Assembly (NCBI GenBank): GCA_964187785.1
Contig: OZ076409.1
Location: 30,568,001 to 30,632,000 of the forward strand
DNA: 64,000 nucleotides
DNA from: Amphiscolops sp. MND2022
Lineage: Eukaryota
Direction of reading: 5' to 3'
The position numbers and the translations under genes are program-made. The first letter of the stretch is position 1. The number at the start of each line of letters is the position of its first letter. The notes under the pieces are model-generated. The model made no database searches. It was given only the letters and a program-made list of their open reading frames with translations, and was not told where the DNA came from. Of the stretch, positions 1 through 11,600 are shown in pieces.

Positions 1-661
1 ACTCAAAAAATCATTAGCGGCCAATGATGATCCATTTTTGGCTCTCCTTACATTCCGTGGATCACCGAAGTTCAAAGAGGAAATTAATCTTGATTCTCTT
101 ACATTTAACAGGCGTGATTGTTCTGGAAAGTTTAGAGTAGGAGATCAGGTCAACGTTTTTGATCATCGTGCCAAATGTTTCAACAAACAAGGACTTGTGA
201 AGTCGATTGATGCCCCGAGATCAGTCACTGTCGACACTGGCGAACTATCAATTCGCAGAAATCAACAACTGATACGACAGTCACAAGGTCCATTGCCAAT
301 TCTTCCAAAGGAATCATCTGACTTATATGAGTTATCATCACCCGGTGAGGGGGAGGAGCGGATACCGGAACCTACACCAGTTGAAAGCATTGGTGTACCA
401 TCGCCACCCGACAATTCACCACCACAAGTGACTGGGAAACAAGTTACAACACGATGTGGTCGACAGGTGCGAAAACACGCTAGGTATCGATAAACTGTGC
501 CATGTTTGTCACCACGATGCCACGAAACGAACTGAGGGGAGTTGTCATAGATTATGTGTTTTTATATGTTGTCTTTGACAATCAATACTTAATTTGTTGT
601 ATTTTCAGTTATCTGATGTGTTAATCTGCCGTTAGTATATCGTCTTGATATTGACCTAACA
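1..661 (+). mobile_element. 3' end of a Ty3/Gypsy-type LTR retrotransposon (integrase tail, PPT, short LTR ~543-661)
   Basis: ORF 38-493 has an integrase C-terminal pattern (F.VGD.V...PRSV.V...IRRNQQLIR...TTRCGRQVRK..RY). It is followed by a purine tract GAGGGGAG (~535-541) and a TGT...ACA bounded segment 543-661. Confidence 0.65.
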
Positions 662-1160
662 ACTATTTTACAATTGTTGTTTTGCACCGAGCTATTACAC
701 CATACGATTCGATCGAAAATTTCTACAGTCCTTTTCTGCACCATAGTATGGTCTGTGTGCAATTTCAATAATTTCTTATAACTGGGATTGGAGCGAGTCA
801 GAAGGAAAAAGGCCTAAGCCGACTCCTTTACCGTATATGCGGCTCTGGTTCTTCGTGAGCATGTTCATTTTCCAGTTTGAGGATCGGTTTCAGTGAAATA
901 CCGCTTCACTATAGATTTAACGTCTTGATATTTTCAACATCTCGAATGAACATACAGTGAGAAGCCAGTATTTCTAAGAAATATTCGAGTGATGCATTGT
1001 GACAATAATTTGCATTATTTGCACTTATTATAAGTTGCACTTGTTTTTCTCAGGAATAGTTAGTATACAATTAATTGCAATTAATTGTTGAGGTTGCAAT
1101 CAATTATTTGTAATTGCTCTGGCCTTGCAATCAATTAATGATCGCTGATATTTGATACTT

Positions 1161-1308
1161 CAATCAAATGACACTATAATTTTCATTTCAGAGGGTAATC
1201 TGAGATGCGGGCTTTTTCAGAGGTGCGAACTCAGGTCAGGACAGTCGGTTCGCCAACGAGCAGTCCAAACTCAACAAGGGCCTCGAGCGCAAAGTTGACA
1301 TGAATAAG
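1161..1308 (+). pseudogene. Degenerate partial copy of SRRM1 first coding exon plus its upstream acceptor
   Basis: Aligns by eye to 14811-14984. ATG is changed to ATC, there is an internal deletion of ~19 nt, and it is truncated after gttgacatgaataag. Confidence 0.85.
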
Positions 1309-1319
1309 AATAACCAAAC

Positions 1320-1935
1320 TTGGAAAAGTTTTCGCCCAATCTCTATCCTGCCGAAGTGCTCCCTTGTGTTCGAACAATTTATCTAAAAAATGATCCCTTC
1401 ATACGATCTAAAATTGCTACGTGTCAATATGGTTTCATTGATAGACGTTCAACAATTACTCAACTTATTGCGTAAAATGGGCTTTGGAGGATCTCTTTTG
1501 AAGCTTCAGCTCCTATTTGACATATCGAAAGCAATGTGCGGTTGTTAATACTGTTAAGACGCCTTTTTCCAGATACTATTGGAGTTCCACAGGGTTCAAT
1601 TTTAGGTCCTTTTTTCTAGTTTTCATCAATTTAATACCTGATAAATTTACATTAACAACTGCTTTTTTGTTTGCAGATGACCTGAAACTAACGTAACCGA
1701 ATGAAGTCGATAGATGTGGAACCGGAAAGAGTCCTCCAATGGCTATCTCTCTCATAGTTTGGAATTAACTATGACAAAACAGTTCTTTTCACGTATCCTC
1801 GTGCCATGGTTGAGTTCAATTTTGGGGACTTTAGTGAAATCCTCTTCATCAGTCAAAGATCTAGGTATGGTAGTTGACAATTCGCTATCTGGAATCCCGC
1901 ATTTTGATAGAAGATGCGAACATGCTTCTAGTGTA
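1320..1935 (+). mobile_element. Non-LTR retrotransposon (CR1/L2-like) reverse transcriptase remnant, 5' part
   Basis: Frameshifted motifs FRPISILPKCSLVFEQ, QYGF..RSTITQL, GVPQGSILGP, LFADDLK, VKDLGMVVD. Confidence 0.8.
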
Positions 1936-4216
1936 TGTCGTATTTCCTGCGGATCAAAACATGGTGCAGTGAAAGCTAGTATTCACTGGAAGGCACATAC
2001 CAATGGGACATGGACATCTAAAATAAAGCAAATATCGATTACAGCTATATATAATAGACCTTCAAATCAGTGTATAAATCACATCATCCCCTTCAAGAGT
2101 TCTCATGGCTACTTGCAAATTGAATCTCGAGTTCGTTTTCCGACACGTGCAGACCTAATCGGAATCTCGGGAGTAGTAGAAGACTCTACAACCAAAGATG
2201 TGTCTCTGCTAGAAACGCAAGTCGAAATTCGTTCCGCCACTCCCGTGGTCGTAGCCACATCTGTCGTTGATATAGCCGTCTCTAGATCAGTAGCAACTGT
2301 AGTTGGACTGGCAAAGGGAACAATTTGGCTAGTACTTGCTAGAATTGTTCCTTCAAACCCGTCTAAAGTTTCCTGAGACATGCTGTAATATGGCCCTTCC
2401 GAACTACATACTTCGCAGTGAGGTCCAGCACATAAGAGCACACGATCCCTGATGGGATCATTGATGACAGCAGGGAGTCGCATTTTCCTTCCAAGCACAA
2501 CTTCCAAGGGACGGAAGGAGTGCATGGGTTGTGCAGAAATGCATGGAAACTGACACGGAGAGACAAGTTCTATGCTATGGCCGCATTGTTTTCATTACAG
2601 TCTGCACAGCTCGTTCGGCAAGTTCATTACTCCTTAGATTGCAGATCGGACTCTCTAATCTCGTGCAACTTTAAGCATGTGACCGCGTGACAACTTCGTT
2701 GTTGATAAATTCCTTGAAGTTGTTGGAAACTAATGTGCGAGGGACCCCAAATCTCCCACAAATGGCGGGCATAAAAAGTATGACTTTTTCCCAGGGGCGT
2801 CGCCGCATATGAACGCTTCTATCCAACCAGAACCAGCGGCGACAATTATGAAAATGTTGCCTACTTTTTGGAGATAAGCCCAATCCATGTATAGTCTCCC
2901 ATGGCTGTGCATCTGGCCAAGTATCGACCAATTTCTCAGTTCGTGGTAGGATTTTCGCACATTCGGAGCAGGCACTTATGATTTCTTCAACATCTTTTCC
3001 GAGCCCAGGCCACCAAGGCATTAGGTTCACCGCGTTCTTAGTCGCCTGGACTTCAGGATGCATATCATGAGCTCGTTCAATGACTATGTTCCGCATTCTT
3101 GATGGATTGTGAGGTCTAGTTCCGTTGTATAGCAGCCCGTTCTCGACTGTGAGGAATCTAGATACTTTCTCGAAAATACTCTCTGCTTGAGTACATGCTT
3201 TCCAATTGCCATGGATTACACGCCTGATAATTCGCTTTGCCCATTCATCGCGTTCACATTCACTCCTCAACTCTTCGAATGGAATGAGATTATGCTCCGC
3301 AAAGTGAACACAGACTTCATCAAGATTGGGACTTGTGTAATCGACTACATTGCACTCGTCGTCGTCATCTTGATCGGAATTCAGTCTGCGCATGGCGTCG
3401 GCATGAGAAATCGAAGATTGTCAATCAAAGGGCATGAGTGAAATTGTCCGTCTTTTGAATCTTGCTGATGCGGTTTTTGGGAGTTCGTTGTTCGGAGCAA
3501 ATATGAATTCCAGAGGATAATGATCAGTTTCGAATTTGAATTTCCGGCCAAGTAAAAACTGCCTCAAGCGTTTTACCACAAAAACAATTGCCAGGGCTTC
3601 ATGCTCAACGTTAGAGTACTTTTGCTCAGTTTGAAACAATGTCTTTGATACATAATTTACAGGGTGCCCTTCCTGAGATAGGACTCCGCCAATAGCTCTC
3701 AGACGCATCAGTTGTGATCGTTACTTCCTTTTTCAGAGAGTAGCGCTGAACATCAAGTTCCGATGCTAACTCAGACATCAGTCTTTCGAATGCATGTTGA
3801 CATTTTCAGTCCACTGGAACTCAGTCTCCGACCTCTTCCTCAGATCAGATATAGGTTTTTTGAAGTGAAGTTCGGGATGAACCGGCCGTACGAGTTGACC
3901 AATCCACAAAACTGTTCCACTTCCTTAACACTTTGAGAAGGATGGAGAATCGTGATTTTTTCGACAAGGAGATCATCGGGCTCAAATCCGCTTCCTGAAA
4001 TGGTGAATCCGAGAAGAGTGATTATCTCCATGATATTTCCAGACTTGATTCCGTGAATTGTGAACCCATTGTCTTTCAGGCGATCCTGAAGCGCCCTCGA
4101 ACGCTTCTCATTTTGACTTATTGTTCTTCCGTGTAACAGTACGTCGTCCTGAAAACCGATTGTTCCAACCAATCCTTTGAGAGTTATCGATTGTTCGCTG
4201 GAACATTCCGGATGCG

Positions 4217-6056
4217 TTTTTAGTCAGCGCCTTTTCCCTTAAGGTAAAAGCCCGACTATTACAGTGGGTAGTTTTTTTCAGCCTACAATCTCACCCTGAA
4301 TGGTCCACTTTTCTTACAATTTTCATGAGTCATGATTTCTTGCTTGCGAAGTACTTTCTATTTTTCGAAAGCTTGCAAGTATTTTTGCATCATCTAAGAA
4401 ACTCAACGGGGTAATGGGTACTCCCTTAGAGCATTTTGGCTCTGTGAGACTTTTTTCGAGAAAATCACCAAAGCGTCCCCTTGAATTTTTGGTGTTTTCC
4501 GACAGAATGGATGTTAAAAAGCCCAAAGGGTCCCTTTCAGTTTTTTAGGAGTCGGAAAAAATTTTCGACTACTTATGCAATCGTGCTGTTTTTTTTTGTT
4601 ATTTTTTCTCCCGACCTTTTCATGAAAATTTCAAATTTCTCAAAAACTGTCCATACGATTTTCACGAAATTTTGCAGTCATTCTACACCCAAAGGGGCCC
4701 CTGCGTGTGCAAAGGCATCAAAATCGTATAGCTGGGATGTGAGAAACATAGCCAAAATTAGCCCAAAAATTGCCAAAAAACAGCCATTTTTCGACTTTTT
4801 TCGATTTTCTCAAAAACTGTCCATACGATTCGAACAAAAATTTCTACAGTTATTCTACACCATGTTAGAGTCCTATATGTGCAATGGCATCAAAATCGTA
4901 TGGCTGGGATGTGAGAAACATAGCCAAAAATAGCCGAAAATGGCCAAAAAACAGCCATTTTTCGACTTTTTTCGATTTTCTCCAAAACTGTCCATACGAT
5001 TCGAACGAAATTTTCTACAGTTATTCTACACCATAATAGAGTCCTATATGTGCAATGGCATCAAAATCGTATGGCTGGGATGTGAGAAACATAGCCAAAA
5101 TTAGCCCAAAAATGGCCAAAAACAGCCATTTTTCGACTTTTTTCGATTTTCTCAAAAACTGTCCATACGATTCAAAAGAAATTTTCTACAGTTATTCTTT
5201 ACCATATTAGAGTCCTATATGTGCAATGGCATCAAAATCGTATGGCTGGGATGTGAGAAACATAGCCAAAATTAGCCCAAAAATGGCCAAAAAACAGCCA
5301 TTTTCGACTTTTTTCGATTTTCTCAAAAACTGTCCATACGATTCAAAAGAAATTTTCTACAGTTATTCTTTACCATATTAGAGTCCTATATGTGCAATGG
5401 CATCAAAATCGTATGGCTGGGATGTGAGAAACATAGCCAAAATTAGCCCAAAAATGGCCAAAAAACAGCCATTTTTCGACTTTTTTCGATTTTCTCAAAA
5501 ACTGTCTATACGATTCGAAAGAAATTTTCTACAGTTATTCTACACCATATTAGAGTCCTATATGTGCAATGGCAACAAAATCGTATGGCTGGGATGTGAG
5601 AAACATAGCCAAAATTAGCCCAAAAATGGCCAAAAAACAGCCATTTTTCGATATTTTTTCGATTTTCTCAAAAACTGTCCATACGATTCGAACGAAATTT
5701 TTCTACAGTCATTCTACACCATATTATGGTCCTTTATGTGCAATTTCATTAAATTCGTATGGCTGGGATGTGAGAAACATAGCCCAATTTAGCCCTAAAA
5801 TGGCCAACAAAAACAGTCATTTTTCGATTTTTTCGATTTTCTCACAAACTGTTCATACGATTCGAACGAAAGCGAGTCAGAAGGAAAAAGACTTAAGCCG
5901 ACTCCTTTACCGCATATGCGGCTCTGGTTGGCATTGTGAGACTTTTTTCATTTTTTCATAAAAGAGGTCCCTAATTCACCAATACTTTGACATTTTGAAG
6001 TCTTGCTATTTTTGAGCTTCAGCCATGGCGCCGACTTGTGCCGCTCCCGGCTTGTT
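4217..6056 (-). mobile_element. Non-autonomous Helentron/HINE-like repeat (family A) inserted in the Gypsy RT
   Basis: Splits RT motif LPRGMK|NASGMFQ at an AA/TT site. On the minus strand it begins AACAAGCCGG..AAGTCGGCGCC and ends ACTACCCACTGTAATAGTCGGGC plus a hairpin. Related copies at 40256-40775, 44285-44815 and 24720-24789. Confidence 0.65.
4541..5929 (+). repeat. Helentron/HINE-like repeat (family B) containing ~7 tandem copies of a ~172-bp unit
   Basis: GCTGGGATGTGAGAAACATAGCC recurs at 4731, 4903, 5074, 5245, 5416, 5588 and 5762. Subterminal inverted repeat AGGAGTCGG (4547) / CCGACTCCT (5898) and 3' palindrome CCGCATATGCGG (5910-5921). Inserted in a T-run. Partial copies at ~700-850, 31930-32230, 52066-53120 and 53401-53665. 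Confidence 0.8.
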
Positions 6057-7080
6057 CATTCCTCGTGGCAGTCGAAGTAACTTTAAGAGACCAAGCGTTG
6101 TGTTGATGACACAAATATCATGCGTTGCATCATCCAGCATTAATTGGTAATAAGCAAATGATAAGTCAATCTTGACAAAACTTTGATCCTTCTCGCTGGT
6201 GAAATATTGTTTCCATGTCGGGAAGCGGGTAGTCTTCAGTCATGATCTTATGGTTAACTTGAAATGAACTTTGAACTCTGCACAAAACCTAAAAGATTTT
6301 CGTGTGGCGTCTTCCTTTGCCACACGACTTGCACGATTTTCATGACTGGGTCATTGAATCCATGTGCCTGAACTTTCGCCAATTCAATCTTGACCTGGTC
6401 TTCCATGGCAAGTGGAACTTTCCGAGTGCGACAAAAAAGCCGGTTTTGCGTCACGCTTCAGTTTGATAGTTTCCTTAACTCCTTTAATGGCTCAAGACTT
6501 TTACATCAAATAGACACATTGAGAATGTGATCAACTCGGGTCACGTCTCTGCCGATGAATCCGAATTCGTTCTCGGACTCGATAACTGCCACTTCAACGC
6601 CATGATTTTCTTCCCATGGGATCTAACACTTTAGATGGCGAAGATACTGCATTATGTGTCCTTCGTACGCTTTAATCCATCGGGGATTAGTGCTCAAGGT
6701 TAGAGAGCCATTCCCCCGCCAAAGTTTTTTTGTGATGAAGGTCACTGAAGAACCAGTGTCGTGCTGCATTCGAACGCCATGACCATTTTACTTGATGCTA
6801 TGAAAAGCAGCTTTGCTTCCAATGTGATGACCTCTTCTACAGTCGCGACTTGTTCTGCATAATACATGGTTTCTTCAGATGAGAAGGGATCTTCTGATTT
6901 GTGTTCTTCACAAGCATGGTATACTGATGCATTTGATTTTTGAGATTTTTTCCACATCTGTTCCCGAGGCTTCTTGTTTTTGCACATGACGAAGTCAATG
7001 TGCATTGCAGTCCAGCTAACTAAGTTTTTTTTCCACAATAGTCAACTTCATAATGAGCGCTTTTTAGATAAAAGCCAAAA

Positions 7081-7149
7081 CCCCAGAGAGATTCGAACCT
7101 GTAGCCTCCCGATTGCACGGCATAAGTGTTGACCACTGTGCCATAGGGA
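7081..7149 (-). pseudogene. tRNA-like relic / tRNA-derived SINE head
   Basis: Minus strand has an A-box TGGCACAGTGG and a B-box GGTTCGAATC at tRNA spacing, but acceptor and anticodon stems pair poorly. Confidence 0.5.
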
Positions 7150-8061
7150 CGTTTTTGAACAAAGTTGAACTGTTGAATATATACGCATGCGATTAATATA
7201 ATATATACGCATATTAAAATAATCGATGTCTTCGTCATGTGTTGCGAAGCACCGCTTCGCCTCTGTGTTTAGTTTTGCACATTCTGGAGTAGTGTCCTTG
7301 CTTCGAGCAATTGTGACAATTATCATCCTTAGCAGGGACTCATAAATAGGGTGGAATAGCTTTCGTCCACTTTTTCCACACTGCTCTGGCTTCTGACGGC
7401 GCCTCAGATCTTTTTTACTTTTGGGGCCACGTTTTTTCGCATATGCAACTACACTTGAAGTTGACTTGTGATATAATCTCAACAAATCTCTTGGCCTGGG
7501 TTCTGTATTGAAAGAGCTGAAGGAGTTGTCCTTGCTCTGTCAAGTTGTCGTTTGCTCTGAGTGCCTGAGTAACTTCTCTTCGCTGTCTCGTAGTCCGGTG
7601 ACAAATTGTAATCGGATCATTTTAGCTTCAGGATCCGGAGAAGCTTTGAGATCGACAAACTTGCAATAACGCGCAGCCTCTCCAAGCCTTGCAATGTACT
7701 CGGTTTCTGCTTCTTCTCCCCCTTGAGACATCTGAAGGAAGCCAGTGCGTTCTGCAACCACCAGTCTCTCTTGTGGCTTCAAGTGATTTGAAATCCTTAC
7801 GGATGTCTATGAACTTCATATCCTTGATGTTTCTGGGAGCGACGAGGCTACTGCGCTTGATCACCGCTTCGACGCCGCTTTGGCTCATGAAGAAATTAGT
7901 CACTTGATAATCATTAGCCATGGCAGCGACAGTAGCGTCTTGAGCCACATAAGTGCTTGATCGGGTTCCTCGAGGTTCAATTCCGGTTTACCTTTTGATT
8001 TTGGCGATGACTATTTGAAAAACACGATTCGAACAATTTGCCTTTTAATGGCTAAGAATTA

Positions 8062-8680
8062 CTAACGGGGCTTTGAATCCAAGGCTGAAAACTCATCTTT
8101 AATTCGAAAAGTTATTATGAGGTAACAACAGTGGCGCTGAGACCGAGACTCTGGAAGCTCGCCTTTAGTTGACTCTTTTCGCTTAGCCTCTCTGTGCTGC
8201 TCGTGAGTTCTTCGCTTTGTGCCTCGTGTTTCCACGATCTTTCGCAATTTCGGGTAGTAATGTAGGACTGACTGAGATCTGAGTTCGCGATCGCTGAATT
8301 GATCCAAATCTTTGTATTTCTCAACGGGAACTTAACAGCGCTGCTCTGACTTGCTCAAAAAATCTGTCGTGACTTGGGTGATTGGGCAGTCCACTGTTCT
8401 CAGGTCTTCAAAGATATTCGGTGACCCTGTACGTTGACAATATACTATGCCACATAAGTCAGTGAGACTTCGCAATGAAGCCAACAGGTGAGTTACACTT
8501 TGAGGTTGATAGTTGTTACTTCTGCGGGGTGTGATAGCATTGTTAATCAGATCGTGCCACATGATTATTCTCGTCTTTTTCAGTCTTCAGACTTGAGATA
8601 GTTGTAAACGTCTTTCGATTCGTTCACGAACTCTGGGTTCAGGCTGAAACCGGGATCGGCATGGACGAGTTCTCGTAGTT
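8062..8680 (-). pseudogene. 3' part of an extra ORF (possible SGNH-hydrolase-like) upstream of Gypsy gag; 5' part at ~13556-13640
   Basis: Removing the Copia and one TSD rejoins KIIDASSLYNSIEDLQISLSKQ|LRELVHADPGFSLNP in frame. It continues IIMWHDLINNAI...CGIVYCQRTGSPNIF, with one frameshift and internal stops. Confidence 0.45.
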
Positions 8681-11600
8681 TATTGGGGCCTGAGCTCCTT
8701 CTGGTCGTAGCTGGGTTGTCGGAATGATGAAGATTGGTTATTGTCAATACTTAATTTTGAGATGTAAAATGAGAACGTGATTCAGTCAAGTGAAGATGAA
8801 AATAACAGGTACATGTTTACAAACAACAATAATAAACTAATTTAGTTCAGTCTGGTATAGTCTGAGTTGGTTGACCTTTAATGGTCCTTTGACCTTCATC
8901 GGTCTCTAACACCCCCGCTCGATGAGAGACTCCGAGGGTTGTTGTTGGTTGATGATGGCGAACCACTGTGCTTGACCATCTGTCGTGTCAAGACAGCGGT
9001 TGAGAGGGCTCTGTCCATCAGTTGAAGAGAAGCTGAAAGTCGTCATAGTTCCAGTGATAACATAAACACAATAGTGGGTAATGTAAAATAATTGAGTCGT
9101 GAGGGAGGCGAGGGTTAAGTTGATGATTGAGGTGGCTAAATGACAAAGAGTTACGATGAGAGCTAATTGAAGGCAGGCTTGGGTAGGATCTTGGTGAAGA
9201 TATCAGCCAAGTTGTTGTTTGTGGAGATATAAGACAGTTGAATGCGTTTGTCCTCAACCAGTTGACGGATGAAGTGGTGTTGGGTTTAGCCCGTTTGTGG
9301 GCGACAGGGTTGCTGGCCAGTGCGAGTGCGCCTTGATTGTCACCACACAACAACAGGCGTGTCCACCGTCATCAAGCAGAAGAATGTGAGCAAGCCTTGC
9401 AAATAGACTGCTTCCTGTGCAGCCAAAGCCAACGAAACATTCTCGGCTTCACAAGTTCTAAGTGCCACACACACCCTTGCTTTTTGGACGCCCAAGAGAC
9501 AACACTACCAAAACGACTTAGTTTGAAGCAAAAACCCGAAGTTGACTTGTAATCGTCCTTGTCGGTGGCCCAATCCGAGTCCTAAAAACCAAAAGGTTTG
9601 TGATTTTCAGAGCGGTTATACACAAGAGATAGAGACTCCGTGCCCTTGAGAAAACGGAGAAGGTGTTTCAATGCACACCAATGGGCTTTACTAGGATTTG
9701 ATACAAATTGTGCTAAGTTATAGACAGCAAAGCAAATATCGGGGTGACTAACAACGGACAAATTCCAACTAAGCTACGATATTGTTTCTGTTCGCAAATA
9801 TCAAGTGACTTTTCACTACGTTCGATGCGGCAGTTCCATTTAGACTGTTTCGTATGGGGTATAACTGGAGTACTGACTGGTTTACAATCAGACATATGAC
9901 TTTTGCGCAAAATGTCCTTTATATATGACCGCTGGCTAAGAGAAATGCAGCTGTGTGACTGTTCAACATTGCATCCCAAAAACCAAGTCATTTTCCCACG
10001 ATCATCGATGCTGAAGGCATCGCTGAGTTTCGCATTGAAATCATGCAGCATTTTGTCGTTGTTTGAAAAGTACAAAATGTCGTCGACCCAAACTAGTACA
10101 AAAAGTTGGGAACCATTAGTCCCATCGCAACGAAAAAGACAACGATCCTCCGCAGACTGTACAAATTCGTTCTTCAAAAACCACTGGTTTAAAGTTTTGT
10201 TCCATTCCATCTCCGCTTGCTTCAAACCGTAAAGGCATTTTTGAAGCTTGCAATAAAGTGTTTCACCATTAGCCCCCGCTTGCGCGAAGCCTTCTGGCTG
10301 TTCTATATAATTTTCATCACTGAAGTTCGCATTGAGGAAGGCTGAACGGACGTCTAGCTGAAAAACAAAAGTCGACCAAGAAGCAGCGAGCGCGAAACAA
10401 AATCTCAAGGTACAAAGTTTGGCAGTAGCCGCAAAAGTTTCGTCGTAATTGCTCCCAAAACCTTGCGAAAACCCTTGGGCTACGAAACGAGCCTTGAATT
10501 TCTCACTAGTTCCGTCGTCGTGTCGCTTTATTTTGAAAACCCACCTGTTTCCAATTGCTTTTCGGCCCGGGGGAAGCGGAGAAAGCACCCGGTCTTGTTC
10601 TCAATGAGCGCATTGTACTCCTTTCGAGTAGCTTCGATCCATTCGCTTCTAAGCGATGACTTCATTGCTTCACGACAAGTTAGATTCTCATCGCTGTCAT
10701 CCGTTAAAAGAACGTAGTCGTCGATACGCAGGTTTGATACCTCTCCCACTTCGAGACCGCGAAAAAACACTACTTCCAATGGCATCAATGTTTTCAGATT
10801 GAACAACATCAACGGGGGAAGGAGTTGTTTCAGTTTTGAAATCATTCATTGTTTCAGTCGGTAAAATAGGAATTCGGTAAAATTCGCAAAAATGTTTCTG
10901 TGTTTCAGGCAAAACTTGTTTCGGTGTCGGCTTTTCGGTTGCAAATGCTCGGATGTTTTGACTTGGGTGCTGAGCAAAAAAGTCAAAAGAAGTCTCATCA
11001 AAGGAAAAGTTGCGAGAAAAGGATTGTACAGAATGTGTACTTCGGAATCATCAGAATTACCAACAAAACTTCTTTGGTGGCTTTATTGGAAAGTTTGTCT
11101 TGATGCGTTTCAATGTGTTTGAAAGCACTACCAAAAACTTTCAAATTGGGTTTTCACCAAAGAACATTTCGAAGGGCGTTTCACCTTTTGGTAAACTAAC
11201 TGTGAGGCAACGGTTTGAAATGTAAAAAGCAGAGTGAGGCCCGAATCCAAAATTCGTTGCCGAGTTTGGCTGTTTTTAGCATGCAGCGAGCCATTTCGAC
11301 TGTTGTTCGCCAGCGACGTTCACTCAAACCATTTTGTTGAGGCTAATAAGGGGCACTATGCTCAAGTTTGATTCGGTTTGGTATACAAAAACTTCGAAAA
11401 GACTTGAAAATGTACTTTCCCATTATCAGAACGGATTGATCCAGGCGTTCCCACTTGCGCACAAAAAACTTTGAATTTATCTAGGCACTCCTTTTTCGAT
11501 TCAAGGAAATAAACCGCTGAGTACCTGCTGTAGCTATCCGTAAAAGAAATAGCGTATCGATTGCCACCAAGCGAAGTAGTTGGCGTCGGTCCCAAAATGT

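Noticed and set aside
580..596. TCAATACTTAATTT shared with the Copia LTR (~8744-8757)
   Set aside because: A short AT-rich match in opposite element orientations; probably chance.
1936..2083. LINE endonuclease fragment (ISITAIYNRP) duplicated at ~13661-13804
   Set aside because: Better explained as Gypsy LTRs: TGT...ACA ends and an adjacent PPT on the minus strand.
4481..5961. ORFs in the 172-bp tandem repeat
   Set aside because: The frame shifts from unit to unit; non-coding repeat.
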